This document shows positions 8,244 through 16,057 of a DNA stretch of 20,000 nucleotides, one piece after another. How positions within the stretch are numbered: the stretch's first letter is position 1; each line of letters starts with the position of its first letter. A program made the position numbers and the translations under genes. Under the pieces are notes generated by a model that did no database searches, was not told the origin of the DNA, and saw nothing but the letters and a program-made list of their open reading frames with translations. Origin of the DNA: an uncultured virus (IMG/VR IMGVR_UViG_3300005264_001052) (lineage: Duplodnaviria; Heunggongvirae; Uroviricota; Caudoviricetes); IMG/VR virus record IMGVR_UViG_3300005264_001052; one strand, given 5' to 3'.

Positions 8244-8729
8244 CTAATTTCCTTTTTTATATAATTGTTTATCTTTTGCTATTTCTTTTTCTTGGTCATA
8301 TACATCAGTAACTAATCTAATTAAATTTCTTGACCACTCTGGATCATCTTTATTTAGTTCTATTTCTTGGTAGAAATCTTCTATCTCGTGACCAATTAAT
8401 TTAGGTTTATCTTTCTCATCTATAAAAACATGTCTTAATTCATGAGAAATTAGTCTTTTTTTATCTAAATCATTAGCTAGTTCCCAAGCTTTTTTATCTA
8501 TAAATAATATATAATCATAACCTTCTGATGCTTTTTCATCTTGAGAAAAATATTTTATCTTTGGAGATGCCAATTCTATATTAGCTAAAATAGTCTTTCC
8601 GGCTTTAATCCTTTTTTTAAAATCATATACAAGTTTAAAATTTAAATATTGTAAATGTGGAAATCTATTTTCCATTACATCGAAAAATATTGTTAATAAT
8701 GCATCATCACCATCTTCGTATCTAATCAT
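8244..8729 (-). CDS. Putative phage metallopeptidase (HExxH)
   Basis: YDYILFID..AW......KRLISHELRHV........LIGHEIEDF..EI pattern. Confidence 0.75.
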   Translation of the reverse strand: MIRYEDGDDALLTIFFDVMENRFPHLQYLNFKLVYDFKKRIKAGKTILANIELASPKIKYFSQDEKASEGYDYILFIDKKAWELANDLDKKRLISHELRHVFIDEKDKPKLIGHEIEDFYQEIELNKDDPEWSRNLIRLVTDVYDQEKEIAKDKQLYKKGN

Positions 8730-8741
8730 AATTTTTTTCCT

Positions 8742-8963
8742 TCAGCCTAAGTTGTTATTATTGAAATGATCCGCCAATTTATTTATACTATCTTGAGAGG
8801 CCATTATAAATCTATTATTTTTTTTCTTTTTTTTCTTTTTATTAGGTTTTACATAAGAGTTTCCTTCTCTATCATAACATGTTTTAATTACTTTTCCGTC
8901 TTTATTTCGTTTGTTTATTATTTTTCCGCCGTTCTTGGCGCATTCAAAAAAATTCTTTGCCAT
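8742..8963 (-). CDS. Small basic hypothetical protein
   Basis: SD AAGGAG; F.EC.KNGGKI and CYD.EG.SY motifs; Lys run. Confidence 0.6.
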   Translation of the reverse strand: MAKNFFECAKNGGKIINKRNKDGKVIKTCYDREGNSYVKPNKKKKKKKNNRFIMASQDSINKLADHFNNNNLG

Positions 8964-8989
8964 TACTGCTCCTTAATTAGTTTGTTAGT

Positions 8990-9000
8990 TGGGGCTCCTA
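8990..9000. repeat. 11-bp inverted repeat arm downstream of hsp20 (partner 9530-9540)
   Basis: TGGGGCTCCTA (8990-9000) is the exact reverse complement of TAGGAGCCCCA (9530-9540). Confidence 0.8.
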
Positions 9001-9011
9001 ACATTATTATT

Positions 9012-9512
9012 TTATTTTATTTTTATTTTTACTGTTTCTGGATTAATTTTTTTCTTCTTGGGAAGAACACACACAACTAATCCTTTTGATTCGTCATAAT
9101 TACTACTAATAGACTCACTATCTATTGTTGTTGGAAATTGTAAAGTACGTCTAAATGACCTACTAGAAATTTCTCTGGTTAACCATTTTTTGTTACTATC
9201 TTCTTGCTCTTTGACCTTATCTGCCTTAATCAATAAACAGGGGTCCTTAAACTCCAGGCTCAAATTATCTTTATCGATACCTGAAACTGCAATTTCCACT
9301 TCATAAGCGGAGTCAGTTTCTGACACATTAATTTTGGGAAATTTTGTTTTAGGTTGAAGAGAGCAAAAAGCATTTGCGTCTAGGTCTAAGTCATTCCATG
9401 CATAATCCACCATTTTATTTAACTCATTAAAAAGATCATCGAAACGACTAACATTAAACAACCTCCCTAGGGAGTGTTGGCTTGTAATTAAGTCTTTCAC
9501 ATTTTTTGTCAT
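9012..9512 (-). CDS. Small heat-shock protein Hsp20/alpha-crystallin family (start revised to ATG 9512)
   Basis: PKINVSET...YEVEIAVSGIDKDNL, REIS.RSFRRTLQFP..ID...I...Y...GL....PK, KIKIK; SD UAGGAG 7 nt before ATG at 9512. Confidence 0.9.
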   Translation of the reverse strand: MTKNVKDLITSQHSLGRLFNVSRFDDLFNELNKMVDYAWNDLDLDANAFCSLQPKTKFPKINVSETDSAYEVEIAVSGIDKDNLSLEFKDPCLLIKADKVKEQEDSNKKWLTREISSRSFRRTLQFPTTIDSESISSNYDESKGLVVCVLPKKKKINPETVKIKIK

Positions 9513-9519
9513 ATTTTTT

Positions 9520-9540
9520 CTCCTATATGTAGGAGCCCCA
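9520..9540 (-). promoter_or_regulatory. SD-sequestering hairpin upstream of hsp20 (RNA-thermometer-like)
   Basis: mRNA reads GGGG-CUCCUA-CAUA-UAGGAG-AAAAAAU-AUG: a perfect 6-bp anti-SD/SD stem with a 4-nt loop. Confidence 0.6.
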
Positions 9541-9552
9541 TAATTCTTATTA

Positions 9553-10728
9553 TTAACTATCTTTTTTAACATCTGGTTTATCATTTATACGTCTTAAATG
9601 CTCAATAATATTAATGATTTTCCCATCAGCATCAAAAATAGGATATGATCTGCAGTTATACCAACCATTTAATTCATTTATATAACGCACTAATTCAGCA
9701 GGTTTTCCTGTATTTTTACATATATTAGTCTGACAATTGTCACAATTAAAATCTCTGCCCAATATATTGAAACATTTTTTATCTTTTAAATCTTTAGAGG
9801 TTATATTAAAAAGTTCTTTGGCAGCCTTATTATATTTTATTATATTATGATTAGTATCCTGAACACTTATTATATCTGGAATAGCGTCTAAAACTCCTTC
9901 TAATAGAATATTAGCTTCTTTAGCCTCTATTTCCAACAATTTACGTTTAGTTTCATCTGAATATACTGTTACAATTTCTCCAGTAGGCAATTTATATACA
10001 TAATTTGAACGCCAACCAGTTATTCTATTGTCTTTATATAATGATGTATCCTTATACTCTGCTTTGCCAGTAAACCATACCCTTCTAAATACATCATAAA
10101 TACCGAAATCCTTTATGCCAGGAAATACATCAATAATATTTTTTCCTACAACATCTTCTTTTTTAATATTTTCTATAAGTAAAGAGGCCTTATTTATATA
10201 TTTACATATAAAATCTTTTCCATCATTTTCAACAGAGTATACTACTATACCACTCTTTGTATAATTAAATATACCTTTAAATCTTTCTTCGCTTGATTTA
10301 AGAGCCTGTTCAATTAGACGGTTCTCTGTGGTCTCTCTTAACATGAAGGTGTATCCTATTAACTTGTCTTCCTGGTCCCTTATCAAATAACGTTTCCCTT
10401 CAAACCAACCATCAAGAAATTCAATAAATTTTTCTTTGTAAGTAATTATTTCTTCAACATTTACTAATTTATCACAAAAATTAAATGGAAACTTATCACA
10501 TTTAAAAATATCCTTTATTGATTGATTTAAAAAAGTGTCCTCTTTACATTTTAATTTTTTAATTAAAGGCTTATTAAGGAATTTTATCTTAAAATCTAGA
10601 TTAGTTATACAAACTAAATCACTTACAGAATCAAAGGCGTATTTCCAAGCGTGCGTTTGATCTGTTAAATATCCATTACTAGTAAGTGCTTCTGTTAACT
10701 GTTTTAATTTTTCAAGTTCACTTCGCAT
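9553..10728 (-). CDS. Triple-PAS-domain protein without kinase or other output domain
   Basis: Three PAS N-caps (AFDSVSDLVCITNLDFKIKFLNK; SEERFKGIFNYTKSGIVVY; VLDAIPDIISVQDTNHNIIKYNKAA), PAC-like C-termini (YPIFDADGKIINIIEHLR); the third has CFNILGRDFNCDNC. Confidence 0.85.
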   Translation of the reverse strand: MRSELEKLKQLTEALTSNGYLTDQTHAWKYAFDSVSDLVCITNLDFKIKFLNKPLIKKLKCKEDTFLNQSIKDIFKCDKFPFNFCDKLVNVEEIITYKEKFIEFLDGWFEGKRYLIRDQEDKLIGYTFMLRETTENRLIEQALKSSEERFKGIFNYTKSGIVVYSVENDGKDFICKYINKASLLIENIKKEDVVGKNIIDVFPGIKDFGIYDVFRRVWFTGKAEYKDTSLYKDNRITGWRSNYVYKLPTGEIVTVYSDETKRKLLEIEAKEANILLEGVLDAIPDIISVQDTNHNIIKYNKAAKELFNITSKDLKDKKCFNILGRDFNCDNCQTNICKNTGKPAELVRYINELNGWYNCRSYPIFDADGKIINIIEHLRRINDKPDVKKDS

Positions 10729-10731
10729 AAA

Positions 10732-11229
10732 CTACCCTTTTAACCATGTCTTTATTGATTCCTGAAATAAATAAACCAACCCACCTGCTGCCGCAGTAGT
10801 AAGCGCTGTTATTATTAGAGAAGTAATAGCACTATAAATACCTACTTTTGTCCTAACCTCAGTAAGTGTTGTATTTGTAGAGGTCAGCTCCTCATTTACA
10901 TCTTTTACCTCATTAGTTATATTAAAATTTACCTTAGAAAATTTTGTTTCAGTTTTTTTTATAAACTCTGTTATTTTCTTTTCTATAATTTTTAATTCCT
11001 TTGATGTATTTGCATCGCTTGTCTTCAGTTCTTCTTGTAATCCATCTTTCAAAGTCGTTAAACTAGTTAAAAGATACTCACGTTCTTGATACAATTTTTC
11101 ATTCGTAGCATCCAACTTAGTAGAAAGATCATCTATAGTCTTATAAACATATTTGACCCATTGTTTTTTAAGAACATCAGCTTCCTGTAAATGTAATTTA
11201 ACCCCAACATCTAGCTTATCTTTCTCCAT
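10732..11229 (-). CDS. Coiled-coil protein with C-terminal transmembrane helix (holin/XhlA-like architecture, tentative)
   Basis: Heptad-rich N-terminus; hydrophobic VGIYSAITSLIITALTTAAAGGLVYLF. Confidence 0.55.
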   Translation of the reverse strand: MEKDKLDVGVKLHLQEADVLKKQWVKYVYKTIDDLSTKLDATNEKLYQEREYLLTSLTTLKDGLQEELKTSDANTSKELKIIEKKITEFIKKTETKFSKVNFNITNEVKDVNEELTSTNTTLTEVRTKVGIYSAITSLIITALTTAAAGGLVYLFQESIKTWLKG

Positions 11230-11238
11230 CTGGGTTCA

Positions 11239-11451
11239 CTATTCTCCTGGATTTGGTAATTTTCCGCCACACAGTGGGCAATAATTCATAGGTATAGCAT
11301 ATCTAGATACTTGGGTGTACCCTTCTTTTTCAGAAAGGTTCACCCACCTAACGTACCATTTTTTTGATTTTTCATACCAATAAAACGTTTCGTGGTAATG
11401 AGTGACGTAAAAATCCCATTGGTCACATTTACAAATATCCTCTTTATTCAT
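11239..11451 (-). CDS. Small zinc-ribbon protein
   Basis: CKC ... MNYCPLCGGKL. Confidence 0.65.
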   Translation of the reverse strand: MNKEDICKCDQWDFYVTHYHETFYWYEKSKKWYVRWVNLSEKEGYTQVSRYAIPMNYCPLCGGKLPNPGE

Positions 11452-11466
11452 ATAAAGGTTACTTTA

Positions 11467-12027
11467 TTAGTGTGTTCCGCCACCCATATAAGGCTCGAAA
11501 TCGTATTTTCCACCAAAAGATCGAAAACCTTCAGTAGGCCAATTCTTCCCAACAAGATCCACAACCCCAATACCTGAGGCTATAGTCATGCCAGTTAAAT
11601 CGATCAAATTATCATCCATTACGTCAAACCCAGGGACATCGATACTAACTCCTGATACAGTCGCTAATCCTAGTCCTATTTTAAATGCTTGGTCATCTCT
11701 TGTTTTTTTAATAGTAGAACCAATAAGATAAGGATTGTGATCAGTAGTGATAGCTCTTGCAGCTACGTTACTACCCATTCCTGTATCTTCTGTGATAGTT
11801 TCTCTATCAGCTAACTCGTCTTTTGACTGAAAACCTAAGTCTGTTCTTGTTAGATCTGATTCCATTCTTGCGCCCACATTATTAGACCCAAAATAAGAAA
11901 CCTTTTCATCCAGCCGTCTTCTAATTGGATATGTTTGTACTTCCTGTACGCCACTAGCAATAGTGATTACATGTTCTGTATCAGCCACTCCTACATGGTC
12001 AATTTGGTAAAAATCGTATTCTGACAT
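11467..12027 (-). CDS. Hypothetical acidic protein, possibly virion structural
   Basis: SD AAGGAG; repeated TIASG/TVSG motifs; higher GC as in the structural genes. Confidence 0.55.
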   Translation of the reverse strand: MSEYDFYQIDHVGVADTEHVITIASGVQEVQTYPIRRRLDEKVSYFGSNNVGARMESDLTRTDLGFQSKDELADRETITEDTGMGSNVAARAITTDHNPYLIGSTIKKTRDDQAFKIGLGLATVSGVSIDVPGFDVMDDNLIDLTGMTIASGIGVVDLVGKNWPTEGFRSFGGKYDFEPYMGGGTH

Positions 12028-12135
12028 ATTATTTCTCCTTTTAAACTTTTATTAGGGAAAATTTCCCTTTCTATATATAGTATAGTATAAAAATTTAAAA
12101 AATTCCGATTTATTTTTAAAAATTATATAATATTT

Positions 12136-12399
12136 TTACATATACGCATTTTCTTTTAAAGTATTATCTACAATTAGTGCCCAAGATAAATCTACATTAT
12201 TTTTTTCTAACTCTTTTCTTTCTTGTTCTGACCTATACTTAGTGAGTTTTAATCTTTCAGTTTCTTTACACATTGGGCATTGTAAATCGATTACTATTAT
12301 TCTTCCTCCAGTAATAGATTTAAACATACATTCACCTATTGCTCCGCAAGAACAATTATACTTTATAATATTTTTTTCTAACGAATTAATTTTAATCAT
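12136..12399 (-). CDS. Zinc-ribbon hypothetical protein
   Basis: CSC...C...CPMC; SD AAGGAG. Confidence 0.6.
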   Translation of the reverse strand: MIKINSLEKNIIKYNCSCGAIGECMFKSITGGRIIVIDLQCPMCKETERLKLTKYRSEQERKELEKNNVDLSWALIVDNTLKENAYM

Positions 12400-12469
12400 T
12401 TACACTCCTTAATAGCTAATTGCCCAGTAGAGCATTTATCTTTGTGTCCATAACAAATTTTCATAATAT

Positions 12470-13750
12470 TTAAAATCCATTTGCATCTACAATTATTTCT
12501 GAAGGTAATTTTTCAACATGTACTTTACCAGTAAAACGAGGAAATTGATATTTCGCAGTTTTAAACCTCTGGTCATACTGAATCTCTATAACACAAGGAA
12601 ATTTCCAATTTTCAACCTCACAATCTCCTTCTTTAATTTTTAGACCTGAACCTACATTTCCCATTGGTACTATCATTCCTATGTCATTATATTTTCCTAT
12701 AAGAAGACTTCCAATTTTTCCTTGTTTAGCACCAGTACCTTCTTTCCAACCATAAGCTATTACATCATCTTCTTTAACAGCTTTAAGTTTATAACAGGCG
12801 CGTCTATTTGGTTTACCATTATAAGTAATCTCCGCATTCTCTTCTTTTAACCATGCCACGGCCCCTTCGTATTCAATACCATAAGTTGTTGCCCAACCAT
12901 ACGCTTCATCATAGGATAGAAAACTAATAGTTCTAGGTAGTACTATATCAATATCATCATGGTCAGCTATTTTTTTGAGATGCAAATTAAAAATTCGATT
13001 ATAAGATTGGGTTGTAAGGTCTTTCCCATCTAAGAATAATAAATTAAACACCACAGCTTTAACAGTATATGCTTCTTGAAGCGTTAATGTTTTAGTTATA
13101 TCTTCTTTTACTTTACCTTTTAAGGTATCTGACCTAGAGATGCTAGACATTAATTTAAAACCTTCCATGTGTGGAATCTTTAGTTCCGGATCAATAACAA
13201 GTTCTACAATTAATAATGTCTTAGGTGGGTAGTTTAATTTTTTTATATCTTTTACTATCTTTGGATATTTTCTTGTATGATCATCAATTCGTCTAGTATA
13301 AATTTTTACATCAGAATTTTCAGTAATTAAAATGAAATGACATAAACCATTCTCCTTAATATGAAAAATTACTGAGTCTTTTTTAATTAATTTATCTAGT
13401 TTTGTTTTGGAAATACTTGTATACGGTTTAGAACAACAAAATTTAACAGGTAAATTATTAAAATCCATCTTATTTCTATCTAAATTAGGAAGTTCTTCTA
13501 GTGTTTCTGTAATAATATAGCCTTCCTTAATTTTAGTATCTATTATTCTATTATAATCTTCTTCTGCCGCTTTTTTTGGGGTCAATTGATTAGATTTCCC
13601 TTTGTTTATATAATCATAAGTATTAGAAGTCGTTTGAGTTTTTCCATCAATTAACCCCCATATTCTTCTAACTGTATTATCTTCCAGAAAAAGATTTATA
13701 AACTTAACACGACCTAGTTGATTCTTTTGAACTAAGATTATTTCTTTCAT
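12470..13750 (-). CDS. lig: ATP-dependent DNA ligase with N-terminal WGR-like domain (start ATG 13750 preferred over GTG 13765)
   Basis: WGLIDGK.Q (WGR-like), adenylation motif KENG, YTR, EGAVAW, YKLK, OB domain GTGAKQGKIGSL..G...GNVGSG, EIQY, FPRF. Confidence 0.9.
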   Translation of the reverse strand: MKEIILVQKNQLGRVKFINLFLEDNTVRRIWGLIDGKTQTTSNTYDYINKGKSNQLTPKKAAEEDYNRIIDTKIKEGYIITETLEELPNLDRNKMDFNNLPVKFCCSKPYTSISKTKLDKLIKKDSVIFHIKENGLCHFILITENSDVKIYTRRIDDHTRKYPKIVKDIKKLNYPPKTLLIVELVIDPELKIPHMEGFKLMSSISRSDTLKGKVKEDITKTLTLQEAYTVKAVVFNLLFLDGKDLTTQSYNRIFNLHLKKIADHDDIDIVLPRTISFLSYDEAYGWATTYGIEYEGAVAWLKEENAEITYNGKPNRRACYKLKAVKEDDVIAYGWKEGTGAKQGKIGSLLIGKYNDIGMIVPMGNVGSGLKIKEGDCEVENWKFPCVIEIQYDQRFKTAKYQFPRFTGKVHVEKLPSEIIVDANGF

Positions 13751-13862
13751 AATTATTTCTCTCACTATTTAACTCCAATTTATGATTAGTACAATTAGGA
13801 TTGTCACAAAAATATTTAAATTCTTCTGAAGTTTTTATAACCTTTTCAGGTTCTATCATCAT
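13704..13862 (-). CDS. Small 52-aa ORF (MMIEPEK...YFCDNPNCTNH...), not in ORF track
   Basis: SD GAGG upstream of ATG 13862; stop TAA 13704-13706; overlaps both neighbours. Confidence 0.4.
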   Translation of the reverse strand: MMIEPEKVIKTSEEFKYFCDNPNCTNHKLELNSERNNYERNNLSSKESTRSC

Positions 13863-14649
13863 AATTATTCCTCACATACCTATATATAATTTGCTTAGTT
13901 AGTTTATTAATACCATTATAGTTTGGCTCTTCTGGTAAATCAGTAGAACTAAACGCCTTCTTGGCATCATAAAATAAACCATTAGCTTCTAGTTTTATAC
14001 TTTGTAAACTACGCTTTCCTAGTTTTATATCCAATAACTCTTCTGCATCATCACGGTAGACATTTAATTTCCCAGTTTTTAAAAATTCAATTCCCATTCG
14101 TAATAAACGTATACAGTGTGCTGCCATCTTTATATCAAAACCAAATTCTTTCACTAAAGATTTTCTCTTTTTACCCATGTAACCTTCAAAATTAAATTTT
14201 TCCATCTTTTTTAATTGGTCACTGGCATACCCAGTAAAAGACTTATATACTTTCTTTGATGTAAATAGATCTCTATTATCAATTAACAATTGTGCATCAG
14301 GATGTATATATAAATAATGTTCTGGTTTTACATGTAATAAGGATAAAATATTTGGATTATTATTAAGCAACAGCTTGATAGTTTTTCTAAACTCATAATT
14401 AACAATATCATACTTGCCTTCAAATTTCTCTGTTGTCTCTCTTGAATTATTAAGACCTATGTATTTGTCTACAGGGGCCATAAAAATACTCATTAAATCA
14501 ATATCATCAATACTATGAGGATCAGTATTAGGAACATACATATTATGAGCTATACTACCTCTAAACGCTATTAAAATAGTAGTCGGAACAAACATTTCAA
14601 ATATAGATTTTACTTCCTCATTATCGATCATATTTACTTCCTTTAACAT
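13846..14649 (-). CDS. Pol-beta superfamily nucleotidyltransferase (YcgL/RlaP-like)
   Basis: RGSIAH....DDID catalytic motif, NPNIL.LL, F.GYA..Q, FD.K.AAHCIRLL.MG.E.L.TG.L. Confidence 0.85.
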   Translation of the reverse strand: MLKEVNMIDNEEVKSIFEMFVPTTILIAFRGSIAHNMYVPNTDPHSIDDIDLMSIFMAPVDKYIGLNNSRETTEKFEGKYDIVNYEFRKTIKLLLNNNPNILSLLHVKPEHYLYIHPDAQLLIDNRDLFTSKKVYKSFTGYASDQLKKMEKFNFEGYMGKKRKSLVKEFGFDIKMAAHCIRLLRMGIEFLKTGKLNVYRDDAEELLDIKLGKRSLQSIKLEANGLFYDAKKAFSSTDLPEEPNYNGINKLTKQIIYRYVRNNYDDRT

Positions 14650-14932
14650 ATCTGTTAGGGTTTACTACTTTTCCATTTACAAGCAACACTGCAGAGTGCA
14701 GAGGCCAAGTCATCACTCTTGGGTCTTCTGGAAATTCATTACAAAAGTGCACCGTTCTTGTATACCCAAATCCTCGTTCAGCCATTCTAATCTTATTAAA
14801 AGTTGAACTATTATGTTTAATTAAGACCTTTTTTAATTCTGTTACAGAATAAGTTTCTACTATTGGTTCTCCAGAATTCTGAATTAAAATACATTTAACT
14901 GATGTATTTTTCCGTTCCCATTTATCTATCAT
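14621..14932 (-). CDS. Hypothetical protein
   Basis: 103-aa ORF directly downstream of a sigma70-like promoter. Confidence 0.55.
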   Translation of the reverse strand: MIDKWERKNTSVKCILIQNSGEPIVETYSVTELKKVLIKHNSSTFNKIRMAERGFGYTRTVHFCNEFPEDPRVMTWPLHSAVLLVNGKVVNPNRYVKGSKYDR

Positions 14933-14966
14933 AATACCATTTCCTTATCTAATTAAAATATAAACT

Positions 14967-14994
14967 AATATAATACAGAACTTTCTTTTGTCAA
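14967..14994 (-). promoter_or_regulatory. Sigma70-type promoter
   Basis: TTGACA (14994-14989), 16-nt spacer, TATATT (14972-14967) in an intergenic gap. Confidence 0.6.
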
Positions 14995-14997
14995 GTC

Positions 14998-15396
14998 TTA
15001 ATCTCTTTCGTAGTCATCTTTCAAACGTATAATATCATCTTCTTCTAAATAAGACCCCGTTTGTATTTCGATTATTTCTAAATCTATTTTGCCTGGATTA
15101 TATAGCCTATGTACAGTATTCACTGGAATATAAATTGATTGATCTTCTGTGACTAAAATCTCTTCTTCTCCCTTAGTTACTATTGCTGTACCCACAACCA
15201 CTACCCAATGTTCTGCTCTATGGTAATGCCTTTGTAATGATAATTTTTTCGAAGGTTTTACAGTTATTTTTTTAACCTTAAACCTCTTAAACTCATCCAA
15301 TACTTCAAACGATCCCCATGGGCGTTCTTCGAATGAAGAATCTTCCTCTCTAATTATTGGATCCCAAGTGCCTTCTACTTTGGTTTTATATTGCAT
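14998..15396 (-). CDS. Cupin, mannose-6-phosphate isomerase type II C-terminal domain
   Basis: ERPWGSFEVL, VKKITVKP..KLSLQRH.HRAEHWVVV.GTA, HRL.NPG, IEIQTGSYLEEDDIIR..DDY.R. Confidence 0.9.
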   Translation of the reverse strand: MQYKTKVEGTWDPIIREEDSSFEERPWGSFEVLDEFKRFKVKKITVKPSKKLSLQRHYHRAEHWVVVVGTAIVTKGEEEILVTEDQSIYIPVNTVHRLYNPGKIDLEIIEIQTGSYLEEDDIIRLKDDYERD

Positions 15397-16055
15397 CCAT
15401 TTTTTTCCTTATTTTTTATATAATCTTTACATATACCAAAAGTTTTTCTATGTAACTTATCTAAACCATAAGTTTTAATAGCATCTATGTGTTTTTTAGT
15501 ACCATATCCTTTATTACTTCCTATATCCCAAATATTATAATAATCTACATTAGAAGACAATAAAATTTTATTATCTCTATAAGTTTTAGCTATGATAGAT
15601 GCAGCAGCTATAGATAAAACCGTAGCGTCCCCTTTTATAACTTTTTCTTGATATTCTATAACCATAGGAAGTTCAATAGTACCATCTATCAATACACAAT
15701 CGTAATTAATTCCACTATCAGTATATAATTTTGATAATGCTAAGGCCATAGCCTGTTCCGTAGCTCTAAGTATATTTATATCATCTATTACATCTGGGCC
15801 TATCTCTCCTATACCATACTTACAATTTTCTTTTATTAATTCACTTAATTCATCTCTACGTTTGGCAGAAAGTTGTTTAGAATCATGTACTTTATTTAAT
15901 AACTTATCCACATTCTCTTCTGGTATATACACGGCAGCAGCCACCACACTTCCCCAAAGACAGCCTCTAGCACACTCATCAACCCCTACGATGTGCTTAA
16001 AACCACCCCTAAGTTTCTCAGCTTCAAATTCATATGTAGGAAATATCTTTGGCAT
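15375..16055 (-). CDS. rnhB: Ribonuclease HII
   Basis: GVDE.ARG.L.G.VVAAAV, DSKQLS..RR, INIL.AT..AM, IDG, KGDA...SIAAASIIAK..RD, NKGYGT..H, HRKTF. Confidence 0.95.
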   Translation of the reverse strand: MPKIFPTYEFEAEKLRGGFKHIVGVDECARGCLWGSVVAAAVYIPEENVDKLLNKVHDSKQLSAKRRDELSELIKENCKYGIGEIGPDVIDDINILRATEQAMALALSKLYTDSGINYDCVLIDGTIELPMVIEYQEKVIKGDATVLSIAAASIIAKTYRDNKILLSSNVDYYNIWDIGSNKGYGTKKHIDAIKTYGLDKLHRKTFGICKDYIKNKEKNGCNIKPK

Positions 16056-16057
16056 AA

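Noticed and set aside
8815..8841. T-rich run encoding poly-Lys as a phase-variation tract
   Set aside because: Interrupted homopolymer, frame intact, and expected in AT-rich Lys codons.
9513..9584. N-terminal extension of Hsp20 in the ORF track
   Set aside because: It overlaps the PAS gene and spans the SD hairpin; ATG 9512 has a well-spaced SD.
6958..11461. Recurring AACC(T) upstream of several starts (about 6962, 7996, 11234, 11458) as a phage late promoter
   Set aside because: Spacing to downstream TA-rich elements is inconsistent and the motif is too short to call without genome-wide statistics.
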